64,000 nucleotides of DNA from positions 5,590-69,589 of the forward strand of contig CALXHG010000005.1 of NCBI GenBank assembly GCA_944388045.1, read 5' to 3'. The position numbers and the translations under genes are program-made. The DNA is from an uncultured Clostridia bacterium (GTDB lineage: Bacteria > Bacillota > Clostridia > TANB77 > CAG-508). Under the pieces are notes generated by a model. It was not told the DNA's origin, ran no database searches, and worked only from the letters and a program-made list of their open reading frames with translations. Positions within the stretch are counted from its first letter, which is position 1. Every line of letters begins with the position of its first letter. Positions 9,515 to 19,444 of this stretch are shown one piece after another.

Positions 9515-10035
9515 AAAGATTAGTAATTTATGTATTTCTATTAATACTAACATTTTATAGTATTTATTTATTATTCAGAATAGAAATAAAAAACGAAAAA
9601 AACGAAATTAATACAATAGGAAAAATAAACAATGAAGAAATGCTTCCAATACCTACAAGGATAATATATAAAAATAAAAAAGAAAAAAATTATACTTTTT
9701 CAAATATATTAAATAATATTCCTCTAAATTTAGAAGTAAAAGAAGTAAAACCAGAAATTTATCAAATGATGTTGACAAATTATGGCAAAGGAGATTTTAA
9801 AAATATTTGCAAGAGCTTAGGAATTGAAACAACAAATGATTTACTCAACTTTAATTTGAATAAAGAAACAATAATTATAACATTATCAAAATATGAAATT
9901 CAAAATGTAAAACAAAATATAGGAAATATCAAATATACATTTGGAAATTATCAAGACAAATATTCTATAAATATTTTAATAGTAAGCAAAATAGTAAACA
10001 CAAATTGTATATATTATAATATTAATAATTTATAG
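9511..10035 (+). CDS. Membrane-anchored hypothetical protein
   Basis: The TTG start overlaps the upstream TGA (coupling). One N-terminal TM segment. Confidence 0.45.
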   Translation: MKRLVIYVFLLILTFYSIYLLFRIEIKNEKNEINTIGKINNEEMLPIPTRIIYKNKKEKNYTFSNILNNIPLNLEVKEVKPEIYQMMLTNYGKGDFKNICKSLGIETTNDLLNFNLNKETIIITLSKYEIQNVKQNIGNIKYTFGNYQDKYSINILIVSKIVNTNCIYYNINNL

Positions 10036-10063
10036 TAAAAAATAATTATAATAGGAGAAAAAA

Positions 10064-11176
10064 ATGATAGTATTATACATAGGATTAGCATTTTTATTTT
10101 TAATAGTACCACTAATTTTAACATTAATAAATATTATAAATTTATTCAAAAAAAAGAAAATAAAAGAAAATTTAATAGATATATTAATATTTTTATTAGG
10201 AATACCATTTACAATATTGTTATACTGGGCAAGTGAGTTTAACAAAGATTATACAGAAGCACTAAGATTAGGTGGATTTGAGTTAGGATTGCATACTCCA
10301 ATTGCTTCTTGGAGTATGCCAACAGTGTTAACAATTTTTGGATTAGGAATAATCTCTTATATATTAATAAGAATAAGAAAATTAAAACTACCACCAGTAA
10401 TTGTAGTAAGTTCAATGTCTGGAATTTTTATATGTTCTATTTATATGATTATTTGGATAATACAAATAAGTAATAATATGGATAAATATATTTTTGGATT
10501 ACCATATTTAACTTTATTTCCAATAAATTATATTTTATGTAGTATAAGAGCAGAGATTGAAATTATGAAAAAATATAAACAAGAAAATATAGAAAGAAAA
10601 CAATATGAAAATAAATTTTTGAATTTTTGCAATAAATTACTTTATAATATAGATAATTGGCCAATACTTGCAATTGTATTTTCGTTTCCTCTTATTATAA
10701 TTCTTATAAGTATATTAATGATTTTTGGACAAAGACCAGATGAAGCAATAAAAGCATTTTTAGAAACTAGTGATTGGACATTGTCAACCAAAATATCTCC
10801 ACCACCAATAACGTATGATGGACATTATTTATGCACAGTATCTTTAAGAGGTCATAAAAATATAGTAAAACCAATACGTATGGGAATAAGACATGGAGAA
10901 AGAATTGTAGTTAATAGACAATTATGTATTGCAAATGCTTTTGAAGATTTAATTAAAGAAAAAATGCCAAGATTTCATCATTTAATAAGATATATTTATG
11001 ATAAATATGGATATCCATTATCAAAACATATAAATACTAGTATACAAGCAGATATTACATATTTTATAATGAAACCATTAGAGTGGATTTTTTTGATTGT
11101 TTTATATACATTTGATGTAAAACCAGAAAATAGAATAGCAACACAATATATAGGTAATAAAAATGTTAAAATATAA
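10064..11176 (+). CDS. Multi-pass membrane protein with a conserved C-terminal soluble domain (possibly DUF6688-like)
   Basis: At least 6 TM segments. The C-terminal YDGHYLCTVSLRGHKNIVKP...NRQLCIANAFEDLIKE block looks conserved. GGAG RBS. Confidence 0.5.
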   Translation: MIVLYIGLAFLFLIVPLILTLINIINLFKKKKIKENLIDILIFLLGIPFTILLYWASEFNKDYTEALRLGGFELGLHTPIASWSMPTVLTIFGLGIISYILIRIRKLKLPPVIVVSSMSGIFICSIYMIIWIIQISNNMDKYIFGLPYLTLFPINYILCSIRAEIEIMKKYKQENIERKQYENKFLNFCNKLLYNIDNWPILAIVFSFPLIIILISILMIFGQRPDEAIKAFLETSDWTLSTKISPPPITYDGHYLCTVSLRGHKNIVKPIRMGIRHGERIVVNRQLCIANAFEDLIKEKMPRFHHLIRYIYDKYGYPLSKHINTSIQADITYFIMKPLEWIFLIVLYTFDVKPENRIATQYIGNKNVKI

Positions 11177-11406
11177 AAAACGGGTTTAATTTGAAAGAAT
11201 TTAACATTCATAACATCTTTAATAACTTTCAATTTAATGTTGTATTGGAGAATAAAAAATAATACAATTGATAATGAGTATCCAGAAGTTTCTGAATTTG
11301 ATTCATATAGCAACTAATATTAATAAAACGTTAATAATAAAATATTGATAAAAGGTATATTTTATGTTATTATAATGTTGAAATAATATACAAGGAGTTT
11401 GATAAA

Positions 11407-11802
11407 ATGAGAAAGAAAATTATTTTATCTATATTATTCATTATTAGTTTAACACCAATGCTATTAGAACAATTTGGAACAGTTAAAGGAGTTCAAGCTG
11501 TTAGTGGGCTTATGAATTTATTTAATCCATTAGGTGTTTTATCAGTATTACTATTTATAATAGGAGTTTGGGGAACATTTGGAAGTAAAAAGGCAAATAA
11601 AATTTTATGTCTTTTAGGATTATGTGGAATTGTAATTTCAGAAATTTATAATTTTTTTACATGGCATATATATACTATTACAGGGGAATTTAGTTTTATA
11701 ACTAGTCTTAATTTTGTGTTCCCAGAATTTTATATTGGATTATCAGCATCTATAATAATGATAATTGTTTATTGTTTTATTGATAAAAATAATAAAAATT
11801 AA
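11407..11802 (+). CDS. Small 4-TM membrane protein
   Basis: AAGGAG RBS. Hydrophobic throughout. Confidence 0.5.
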   Translation: MRKKIILSILFIISLTPMLLEQFGTVKGVQAVSGLMNLFNPLGVLSVLLFIIGVWGTFGSKKANKILCLLGLCGIVISEIYNFFTWHIYTITGEFSFITSLNFVFPEFYIGLSASIIMIIVYCFIDKNNKN

Positions 11803-11816
11803 AAGAGGAACAAAAA

Positions 11817-12536
11817 ATGCCAATATGGAATCCGTGGCATGGATGCCACAAAAAAAGTGCAGGATGTTTAAACTGTTATATGTTCAGAAGAGATTCAGAA
11901 TTTGATAAAGATAGTAACACAGTAAGTAAAACAAACTCTTTTGACATGATTTTAAAAAAGAAAAAAGATGGAACATATAAAATTCAAAATGAAAAAGATT
12001 ATATATACACATGTATGACATCAGATTTTTTTATTGAAGAAGCTGATGAATGGAGAAAAGAAATATGGCAAATGATAAAACAAAGGAAGGATTTAAAATT
12101 TTTTATAATAACAAAAAGAATAGAAAGGTTTTATGTAAGTTTGCCAGAAGACTGGAAAGATGGATATGAAAATGTAACTATATGTTCAACATGCGAAAAT
12201 CAAAAAACAGCTAATGAAAGATTACCAATTCTTTTAGAATTGCCAATAAAACATAGAGAAATAATTCATGAACCAATGTTAGAAAAAATTAATATAGAAA
12301 AATATTTACAAAGTAACAAAATAGAAAATGTAACTTGTGGTGGAGAATCTGGACCAAATGCACGAATATGCAATTATGAATGGATTTTAGATATTAGAAA
12401 TCAATGTTTAAAATATAATGTACCATTTTATTTTAAGCAAACAGGAGCAAATTTTATAAGAGAAAACAAATTATATAAAATTCCAAGAAAAGAACAAATG
12501 AGGCAAGCTCAAAAAGCAAATATTAATATAAAATAA
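11817..12536 (+). CDS. DUF5131 (phage Gp37/Gp68) family protein
   Basis: The N-terminal WNPWHGCHKKSAGCLNCY cysteine motif is characteristic of the family. AGAGGA RBS. Confidence 0.7.
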   Translation: MPIWNPWHGCHKKSAGCLNCYMFRRDSEFDKDSNTVSKTNSFDMILKKKKDGTYKIQNEKDYIYTCMTSDFFIEEADEWRKEIWQMIKQRKDLKFFIITKRIERFYVSLPEDWKDGYENVTICSTCENQKTANERLPILLELPIKHREIIHEPMLEKINIEKYLQSNKIENVTCGGESGPNARICNYEWILDIRNQCLKYNVPFYFKQTGANFIRENKLYKIPRKEQMRQAQKANINIK

Positions 12537-12709
12537 ACAGAAAATTAATACAAAATTTTCTAGCAAAATTATAATAAAAATTTTTATATGAGGAATTACT
12601 AAAATAATTCTAAATATAAAAATTTTTTTGTATCATTGAAACAAAATTACATACTTAAAAGGTCTAATAGATGTAAAATATATGTACATATAAAAACGTG
12701 GAGGAACAA

Positions 12710-13243
12710 ATGGAAGAACTTGTAAAAAAGGCTAAAAAAGGAGATAATGAAGCATTTACAGAGTTAATTATGAATTTACAGACAGATTTATATAAAATAG
12801 CAAAAGCAAAAATAAATGATGAAGATGATATTAATGAAGCGGTACAAGAAACAATAATAAAAGCATATTGTTCAATAAAAAAGCTTAAAGACGAAAAATA
12901 CTTTAAAACATGGATTATTAGAATATTAATAAATGAATGTAATAACATTTACAAGAAAAAAAGAAAATCAAAAACAGAAGAATATAATGAAAATACTGTA
13001 AATCAAGCAGAGCTAGATACAATAAACACCAAAATAAATAATTTAGATTTTTATATTTTAATTAAGAATTTAAATGAAGACGAAAAAATGGCTGTAATAC
13101 TTTTTTATCTTGAAGAATTTTCTACAAAAGATATAGGAAAAATCTTAAAAGTGTCAGAAAATACAATAAGGACAAGACTTTCTAGAGCAAGAAAAAAATT
13201 AAAAAAGATGTTTGATGGAGGTAATATTGATGCAAAATATTGA
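12710..13243 (+). CDS. ECF-type RNA polymerase sigma-70 family factor
   Basis: Region 2 (TWIIRILINECNNIYKK) and region 4 HTH (FSTKDIGKILKVSENTIRTRLSRARKKL). GGAGG 5 nt before the ATG at 12710. Confidence 0.85.
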   Translation: MEELVKKAKKGDNEAFTELIMNLQTDLYKIAKAKINDEDDINEAVQETIIKAYCSIKKLKDEKYFKTWIIRILINECNNIYKKKRKSKTEEYNENTVNQAELDTINTKINNLDFYILIKNLNEDEKMAVILFYLEEFSTKDIGKILKVSENTIRTRLSRARKKLKKMFDGGNIDAKY

Positions 13244-14807
13244 TGATATTATTAAATATAAAGTAAAACAAGAAATAGACTTACCTAATAATTATAAAGA
13301 AACAGTAAAAAATACAGTACAAAAATGTACACAAAATCAAAAAGATTATACTAAAAAAATAAGAAAATATAAAATACTAAATTTTTTAAGAAAAATAGGA
13401 ATTAGTGCTTTAGTAGGAGCAAGTACAATAACAGTTTATTCAGCAACTACAAATAATTTACCATTTATAAATATGGGGCTAATGAAAGTTGGAGAAAATT
13501 TCGAAGAAAATTCAATAGAAGTAAATAAATCAATAGAAAATGAATATGTAAAAATAATATTAGAATCTTTAGCAGGAGATAATGCATATATTATTCTTGA
13601 ATATAGAATTAATTTAAAAGAAAAAGCTATCTCAGAATTTGGAAATGTAAAATATAGTGATGCAATGGGATACAGTTTATGGATTTCTGATAATATATTA
13701 GTAAATTCTAATGAAATTACAAATAAAATTCAAGAAATTTCTAAAATATCAGATACAGAATTTGTATATGTTGAAGTTTTAAACATAATGGATATAGCAG
13801 AAGAAGATTTAAAATTAGAAATTAATATGAATAATTTTATTATAAATAGTGATATGACTAATAAAATTAAATTAAATAAATCATTACAATTTGATGTAAA
13901 GATTAATACTAAAGATAAAACAGAATTTATACCACAAGAAAGAATATTAGATGAAAAAAATAAAATAGTAATTAATAATGTTGGAAATACACAATTTGCA
14001 ACATATGTAACTTTACAAAAAATTACAGAAAATATGACTTATAAAGAATTTAAAGAACTAAATCCATGGAAATATAATAGTTTTATTGTAACTGATGAAA
14101 ATGGAGAAGAAATATCATTTTCAATCCATTATGCAGATTTTTCAGGAAAATATTATTATGTAAAAAATGAAAATGGAGAATATGAATTAACAGATTTAAA
14201 AGATTTAAAAGATATTGAAGATAATGCCAAAATTCGTTATATAGAAAATTTTGTCATTTTGTTAGGAGCTCAAGAAAAATTAGATAATATAAAGATTATT
14301 CCAATTGAAACAACTATGTTTAATGATAAAAATAATGAAGAAGCTGATGAATATAAAAAAGTAAAGTGGTACCCATTAGTTGAGGGACAAAATAAATATT
14401 CAGCAACAAGTAGTTTGGGTGGAACTCTAGAAATAAATAATATAAAAATAGATGAAAATTATATAACATTTTATTATAATAAAAAAGGATTAATAGGAAA
14501 TGATTCATTGATAATTCTTAGAAAAAATAATGGAACAATGAATTATATTTACCCATTAAGAGAAGAAATAAATGGAATTAATAGTACAGAGAACAAAGTT
14601 GTATTTTCAAGAAATCTTTTTGGTATAGCAGGTTTAAATGTTTATAGTATGGAAGACCTAGATAAAAATTTAGAAAATATAGAATTTGCTTTGTTATATG
14701 GTAGCAAAAGCAAAATAATTGCAGAAGAATTTAAAATTCAAATTCCAAAACAAGATAATCAAACAGCAGAAATTAAAGATATTAAAATATTAGATAAAAA
14801 TTTTTGA
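13230..14807 (+). CDS. Anti-sigma-factor-like membrane protein (DUF4179-type) with a large extracytoplasmic domain
   Basis: Overlaps the sigma gene by 14 nt. GGAGG 8 nt before the ATG at 13230. Short cytoplasmic N-terminus, one TM segment (ISALVGASTITVY) and about 450 aa outside. Confidence 0.6.
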   Translation: MQNIDDIIKYKVKQEIDLPNNYKETVKNTVQKCTQNQKDYTKKIRKYKILNFLRKIGISALVGASTITVYSATTNNLPFINMGLMKVGENFEENSIEVNKSIENEYVKIILESLAGDNAYIILEYRINLKEKAISEFGNVKYSDAMGYSLWISDNILVNSNEITNKIQEISKISDTEFVYVEVLNIMDIAEEDLKLEINMNNFIINSDMTNKIKLNKSLQFDVKINTKDKTEFIPQERILDEKNKIVINNVGNTQFATYVTLQKITENMTYKEFKELNPWKYNSFIVTDENGEEISFSIHYADFSGKYYYVKNENGEYELTDLKDLKDIEDNAKIRYIENFVILLGAQEKLDNIKIIPIETTMFNDKNNEEADEYKKVKWYPLVEGQNKYSATSSLGGTLEINNIKIDENYITFYYNKKGLIGNDSLIILRKNNGTMNYIYPLREEINGINSTENKVVFSRNLFGIAGLNVYSMEDLDKNLENIEFALLYGSKSKIIAEEFKIQIPKQDNQTAEIKDIKILDKNF

Positions 14808-14821
14808 AAATAAATTTAAAT

Positions 14822-14855
14822 AACCATTCTATTGTTAATGTAGAATGGTTATTTT
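14822..14855 (+). terminator. Rho-independent terminator
   Basis: AACCATTCTA / TAGAATGGTT stem followed by ATTTT. Confidence 0.65.
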
Positions 14856-14984
14856 GATATGTGACATAACTTATAGTTATAATATTTTAGAAAAAAGTAA
14901 ATAAGTTATTTTGTATTTAGCATAACTGTAGAGTAAAATATGAAAAAAATTATTAAAACTTTCTTGTTAGATAAAAAAATATAC

Positions 14985-15022
14985 AAACATATGTTTACAA
15001 AATACAAAAAAGATGTTATAAT
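14985..15022 (+). promoter_or_regulatory. SOS (LexA/Cheo-type) box overlapping a TTTACA-N17-TATAAT promoter
   Basis: Perfect palindrome AAACATATGTTT at 14985-14996 (Bacillus consensus CGAACATATGTTCG) overlaps the -35 TTTACA (14994-14999). TATAAT at 15017-15022. Confidence 0.6.
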
Positions 15023-15081
15023 AAATTTGAGATTTACAAAGCTAATATAACTTGCACTTTTGGAAAGGGATGATAGCAAAA

Positions 15082-16338
15082 ATGCAAAAATTTTATTTAT
15101 GTATTGATTTAAAAACATTTTATGCATCAGTTGAATGTGTAGAAAGAGGTTTAGACCCATTTAACACAAATTTAGTAGTAGCAGATCCAACAAGAGGCAA
15201 AGGAACAATTTGCTTAGCAGTTACACCCAAAATGAAAATGCTAGGAGTAAAAAATAGATGTAGAATTTTTGAAATTCCACCAACAATAAAATATATAATA
15301 GCAACACCTAGAATGAAAAAATATATAGAATATTCAGCAAACATATATGCAATATATTTAAAATATTTTGCAAAAGAAGATATACATGTATATTCAATAG
15401 ATGAAGCATTTATGGATGCAACAAAATATTTAAAGATGTATAACTCAACACCAATAGAATTAGCAAAAAAAATAATGAAAGATATATACATAACATATGG
15501 AATAACAGCAACAGCAGGAATTGGAACAAATATGTATTTATCAAAAATTGCTTTAGACATAACAGCAAAGCACAATTCTAGTAATATAGGATATTTAGAT
15601 GAAGAAAAATATAAAAAAGAATTATGGCATCATAAACCATTAAAAGATTTTTGGCAAGTAGGAAATGGAATAGAAAAAAGATTAAATAAAATGGGGATAT
15701 TAGATATGTATGATGTTGCACATACAAATCCAAAAAAATTATATAAAGAATTTGGAATTAATGCAGAATATTTAATAGACCACTCTTGGGGAAAAGAAAG
15801 TTGCACTATAGCAGACATAAAAGCATACAAATCAAAAACAAATTCAATTTCAAATAGTCAAGTTTTATTTGAAGATTATTCATTCGAAAAAGCAAGACTA
15901 GTGTTAAAAGAAATGATTGAATTAGGAAGCTTAAGATTAATTGAAAATAATTTAGTAACAGATACAGTACAATTATACATAGGATATTCAAAAGATATTA
16001 TAAAAGCAACAGGAGGAAGTAAAAAAATAAAAAATCATATAAATACATATTCTGAACTTATAAAAGCATTTTTAGAAATATATGATAAAACAACAAACAA
16101 AGATGTGCCTATAAGGAGAATAGGAGTAAATTTTGAAAATATAATACAAGCTGATAATATACAATTAAGTTTGTTTACAGACCAAGAAAAATTAGATAAA
16201 GAAAGAAAATTAGAATTAACAATGTGTAATATAAAAAATAAATTAGGTAAAAATAGTATTGTAAGAGGAATGGATTTACAAGAAGGAGCAACTACAATAC
16301 TTAGAAATAAATTAATAGGAGGGCATAATGGTGGTTAG
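15082..16338 (+). CDS. Y-family (DinB/UmuC-type) translesion DNA polymerase
   Basis: FYLCIDLKTFYASVE, SIDEAFMD and the GIG..MYLSKIA motifs. Alternative start at ATG 15070. Confidence 0.85.
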   Translation: MQKFYLCIDLKTFYASVECVERGLDPFNTNLVVADPTRGKGTICLAVTPKMKMLGVKNRCRIFEIPPTIKYIIATPRMKKYIEYSANIYAIYLKYFAKEDIHVYSIDEAFMDATKYLKMYNSTPIELAKKIMKDIYITYGITATAGIGTNMYLSKIALDITAKHNSSNIGYLDEEKYKKELWHHKPLKDFWQVGNGIEKRLNKMGILDMYDVAHTNPKKLYKEFGINAEYLIDHSWGKESCTIADIKAYKSKTNSISNSQVLFEDYSFEKARLVLKEMIELGSLRLIENNLVTDTVQLYIGYSKDIIKATGGSKKIKNHINTYSELIKAFLEIYDKTTNKDVPIRRIGVNFENIIQADNIQLSLFTDQEKLDKERKLELTMCNIKNKLGKNSIVRGMDLQEGATTILRNKLIGGHNGG

Positions 16339-16633
16339 TAGAGCAAAACAATTTCTTCCATTTGATTCACTAAAAGGATTACAAGAAGCACTAAGAGAAA
16401 AGGAAATAGAACAAGAAGAACAAATAGAATTATCTGAAGAAAAATTAACAGAATTAAATAATATTTTTAATAAAATTGAAATTGGAAGTAAAGTAAAAAT
16501 AAAATTTTATAAAAACAATAAATATATTGAAATAAAAGGAACAATAACAAACATTGATTATATAAAAAAGAAAATACAAATAGAAAAAATTCAAAATATA
16601 AATATTTCTGATATAGTATCAATATCGATTTAA
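16328..16633 (+). CDS. YolD-like protein
   Basis: QFLPFDSLKGL N-terminus, about 100 aa, overlaps the polymerase gene by 11 nt. This is the classical Y-polymerase/YolD pairing (uvrX-yolD, yqjW-yqzH). Confidence 0.7.
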   Translation: MVVSRAKQFLPFDSLKGLQEALREKEIEQEEQIELSEEKLTELNNIFNKIEIGSKVKIKFYKNNKYIEIKGTITNIDYIKKKIQIEKIQNINISDIVSISI

Positions 16634-16857
16634 TCTAGAGTAAAATACCTGTTGAACGGTTAGTCTAAATTATATAAAAATATTGATAAAAAAATAAAAC
16701 TGATATAATATAGAACATGAATGATAAAATTAATATTTAAATTCTCAATTATAGAAAAAATTAGATTTTTTCATATATAAGAAAAAAATTCATTCAGAAA
16801 AACTCACTCAAGTTAAAAATTAGAGTGTATGTGAAATATAAAAAATCAGGAGGAAAT

Positions 16858-17919
16858 ATGAAAGGTATAAAAATAGGAAATAAAATATCAAAATATCCTA
16901 TAATCCAAGGAGGAATGGGAGTTGGGGTATCATTACACAGACTAGCAGGAACAGTAAGCAAAGAAGGAGGAATAGGAATTATTTCTTGTGCAGACATAGG
17001 ATATCAAGAAGAAGACTTTAACAAAAATCCATTAGAAGCAAATTTAAGAGCAATAAAAAAAGAAATAAAAAAAGCAAGAGAAATAGCAGGAGAAGATAAA
17101 ATTTTAGGTGTAAATATAATGGTAGCAATGAAAGAATATGCAACATATGTAAAAGCATGTGTAAAAGAAAAAATAGATGTAATTATATCAGGAGCAGGAA
17201 TTCCAAAGGACTTACCAGAATATGTAAAAGGGACAATTACCAAAATAGCACCAATTGTATCATCTCTAAGATGTTGCAAACTAATTGTAAATCATTGGAT
17301 GACTAAATATGATTATGTTCCAGATATGATTGTTATAGAAGGACCAGAAGCAGGGGGACATTTAGGTTTTAAAAGAGAAGAATTAGATGAAGAAAATAAA
17401 CCAAGATTAGAAAATATAACATCAGAAATAGTAGAATATATAAAAGAAGTGGAAAAAGAAACAGGAAAAGAAATTCCAGTTATTAGTGCAGGAGGAATTT
17501 GGGATAGTAAAGACATAAAAAAATATTTAAGTTTAGGAGCATCTGGAGTTCAGATGGCAACAAGATTTGTAGCAACAAAGGAATGTGATGCTTCAGAAGA
17601 ATTTAAAAAAGCTTATATAAATGCAAAAGAAGAAGATATAAAAATAATAAAAAGCCCTGTTGGAATGCCCGGAAGAGCTATATATAATACATTTATTCAA
17701 AAAACAGAAAATGAAAAATGCCATATAGATAAGTGCTACAATTGTATAAAAACATGTAAAGTTGCAACAACACCATATTGTATAACAAAAGCTTTAATAA
17801 ATGCGGTAAAAGGAAACTTAAGAGAAGGGTTAGTATTTTGTGGAAGTAATGTTGCAAAAGTAAAAGAAATAGTTTCAGTACATGATTTGATGAATGAATT
17901 AGTTTGTGATATTGGATAA
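16858..17919 (+). CDS. NAD(P)H-dependent flavin oxidoreductase, nitronate monooxygenase / FabK-like family
   Basis: YPIIQGGMGVGVS and EGPEAGGHLG motifs. AGGAGGA RBS. Confidence 0.75.
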   Translation: MKGIKIGNKISKYPIIQGGMGVGVSLHRLAGTVSKEGGIGIISCADIGYQEEDFNKNPLEANLRAIKKEIKKAREIAGEDKILGVNIMVAMKEYATYVKACVKEKIDVIISGAGIPKDLPEYVKGTITKIAPIVSSLRCCKLIVNHWMTKYDYVPDMIVIEGPEAGGHLGFKREELDEENKPRLENITSEIVEYIKEVEKETGKEIPVISAGGIWDSKDIKKYLSLGASGVQMATRFVATKECDASEEFKKAYINAKEEDIKIIKSPVGMPGRAIYNTFIQKTENEKCHIDKCYNCIKTCKVATTPYCITKALINAVKGNLREGLVFCGSNVAKVKEIVSVHDLMNELVCDIG

Positions 17920-17942
17920 TTAATTAAAAATATAATAGAAAA

Positions 17943-17997
17943 AATGATGTGAAATAAATTAGTATAAGAATATTTTATAAATTTATTTCACATCATT
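17943..17997 (+). terminator. Long stem-loop terminator
   Basis: AATGATGTGAAATAAATT / AATTTATTTCACATCATT arms, 18 bp. Confidence 0.6.
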
Positions 17998-18019
17998 TAA
18001 AAGTTTTTATAAAAAAGTA

Positions 18020-18048
18020 TTGACAAAGATAAAATCAAAGTGTATAAT
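18020..18048 (+). promoter_or_regulatory. Consensus promoter TTGACA-N17-TATAAT for tRNA-Tyr
   Basis: TTGACA at 18020-18025 and TATAAT at 18043-18048. The tRNA begins 32 nt downstream. Confidence 0.7.
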
Positions 18049-18079
18049 AAAAAAGCATTGAAAAAGTGCATATAAATTT

Positions 18080-18165
18080 GGACAGGTGGCCGAGTGGCTA
18101 AAGGCGGCAGACTGTAAATCTGTTCTCATTTGAGTACGATGGTTCGAATCCATCCCTGTCCACCA
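18080..18165 (+). tRNA. tRNA-Tyr (GTA) with long variable arm and encoded CCA
   Basis: Acceptor stem GGACAGG/CCTGTCC. Anticodon loop CTGTAAA with GTA at 18114-18116. T-arm GGTTCGAATCC. 3' ACCA. Confidence 0.95.
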
Positions 18166-18182
18166 TAAATTTATTAGAAGAA

Positions 18183-18228
18183 TTAAGGTTTTTAAACTTT
18201 TGAAAATTAAAAAACCTTAATTTTTTTT
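18183..18228 (+). terminator. Rho-independent terminator
   Basis: TTAAGGTTTTT / AAAAACCTTAA stem followed by T8. Confidence 0.7.
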
Positions 18229-18531
18229 ATAAATAAATGACACTACCCTGAACTAAAATGCCTTGTTTAATCTAACTATATAATAACATCTTTTTTTATT
18301 TGTCAAATTAAATTAAAAGAAAAAACAACTTCTCTAAAATTGTTTGTATACACATAAAAGATGTTTTATTAATTTTCTCTTAAAAAGCAATAAAACTCTT
18401 GAAAAAAAACAAAAAAAGAAATAAAATAATAACAAATAAAAATAAAAAACACATAAAAAAATAGACAAATATATTCTAAAAGAAAATCATAAAATAATAA
18501 GTGATATATTGAGAGAGGAATGATAATAAAT

Positions 18532-19167
18532 ATGAAAATAGGAATTATAACAGAAAACAGTCAAGCAGAAAAAAACAAAATAATATATGAAGCCTTAAAA
18601 CCAATAGCAGAGCAAAAAGGATATGAAATATATAATTATGGAATGGAAAGCAAAGAAGAAGAAAATTTAACATATGTTCAAGCAGGTTTGTTAGCTGGAA
18701 TATTAATAAATACAAAAGCGGTAGATTTCATAATAACAGGATGTGGAACAGGAGAAGGAGCAATGCTTGCATTAAACAGTTTTCCAAATGTTTTGTGTGG
18801 GCATATAGTAGATCCAACAGATGCATATTTATTTAGTCAAATAAATGTAGGAAATGCAGTATCAATAGGATATGCAAAAGGATTTGGTTGGGGAAGTGAG
18901 CTAACATTAAAATATATATTTGAAAAATTATTTGAAACAGATTTTGGTGGAGGATATCCAAAAGAAAGAGCAATTCCAGAACAAACAAATAAAAAAATAT
19001 TAGATGATATTAAAAAAATTACATATAAAGATATGTTAACAATTTTAAAAGAAATAGACCCACAATTTTTATATCAAACAGTAAACAGAAAACAATTTAA
19101 AGAAAACTTCTTTAAAAATGCAGAAAATGGAGATATTAAAGAATATATAAAAGAAATATTAAAATAG
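18532..19167 (+). CDS. RpiB/LacA/LacB-family sugar-phosphate isomerase (long form)
   Basis: ITGCGTGEGAMLALNSFPNV motif. RBS spacing favours ATG 18532. Confidence 0.7.
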   Translation: MKIGIITENSQAEKNKIIYEALKPIAEQKGYEIYNYGMESKEEENLTYVQAGLLAGILINTKAVDFIITGCGTGEGAMLALNSFPNVLCGHIVDPTDAYLFSQINVGNAVSIGYAKGFGWGSELTLKYIFEKLFETDFGGGYPKERAIPEQTNKKILDDIKKITYKDMLTILKEIDPQFLYQTVNRKQFKENFFKNAENGDIKEYIKEILK

Positions 19168-19199
19168 TAACTAAAAAAGAATATTTTTTATAAAAAATA

Positions 19200-19228
19200 T
19201 TGCAAAAATTAAAGAACAATAGTATAAT
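19200..19228 (+). promoter_or_regulatory. Promoter TTGCAA-N17-TATAAT
   Basis: Hexamers at 19200-19205 and 19223-19228. The leader to the GT2 gene is about 210 nt and extremely A-rich. Confidence 0.5.
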
Positions 19229-19444
19229 ATAAAAGGCAAAAAAATACAATATAGTAAAATGATGAAAAACTAAGACTAATAATAAATTGAAAAAGTAAAA
19301 AAATATTTATAAAAAATTAAAACATCTACTAATATGAAATATTCAAATAAAAAATATATAAAATAAATAAAAATTAAAATAAAAAACAAAAATTAATAAA
19401 TAAAAAAATTAGTTAAAATAAATAAAAGAAAAGAGAGAGGTAAA

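Noticed and set aside
11817-16633. DUF5131 (Gp37/Gp68) with a Y-family polymerase/YolD pair as signs of a prophage.
   Set aside because: The window contains no integrase, terminase, capsid, tail or lysis genes. These families also occur as stand-alone chromosomal genes.
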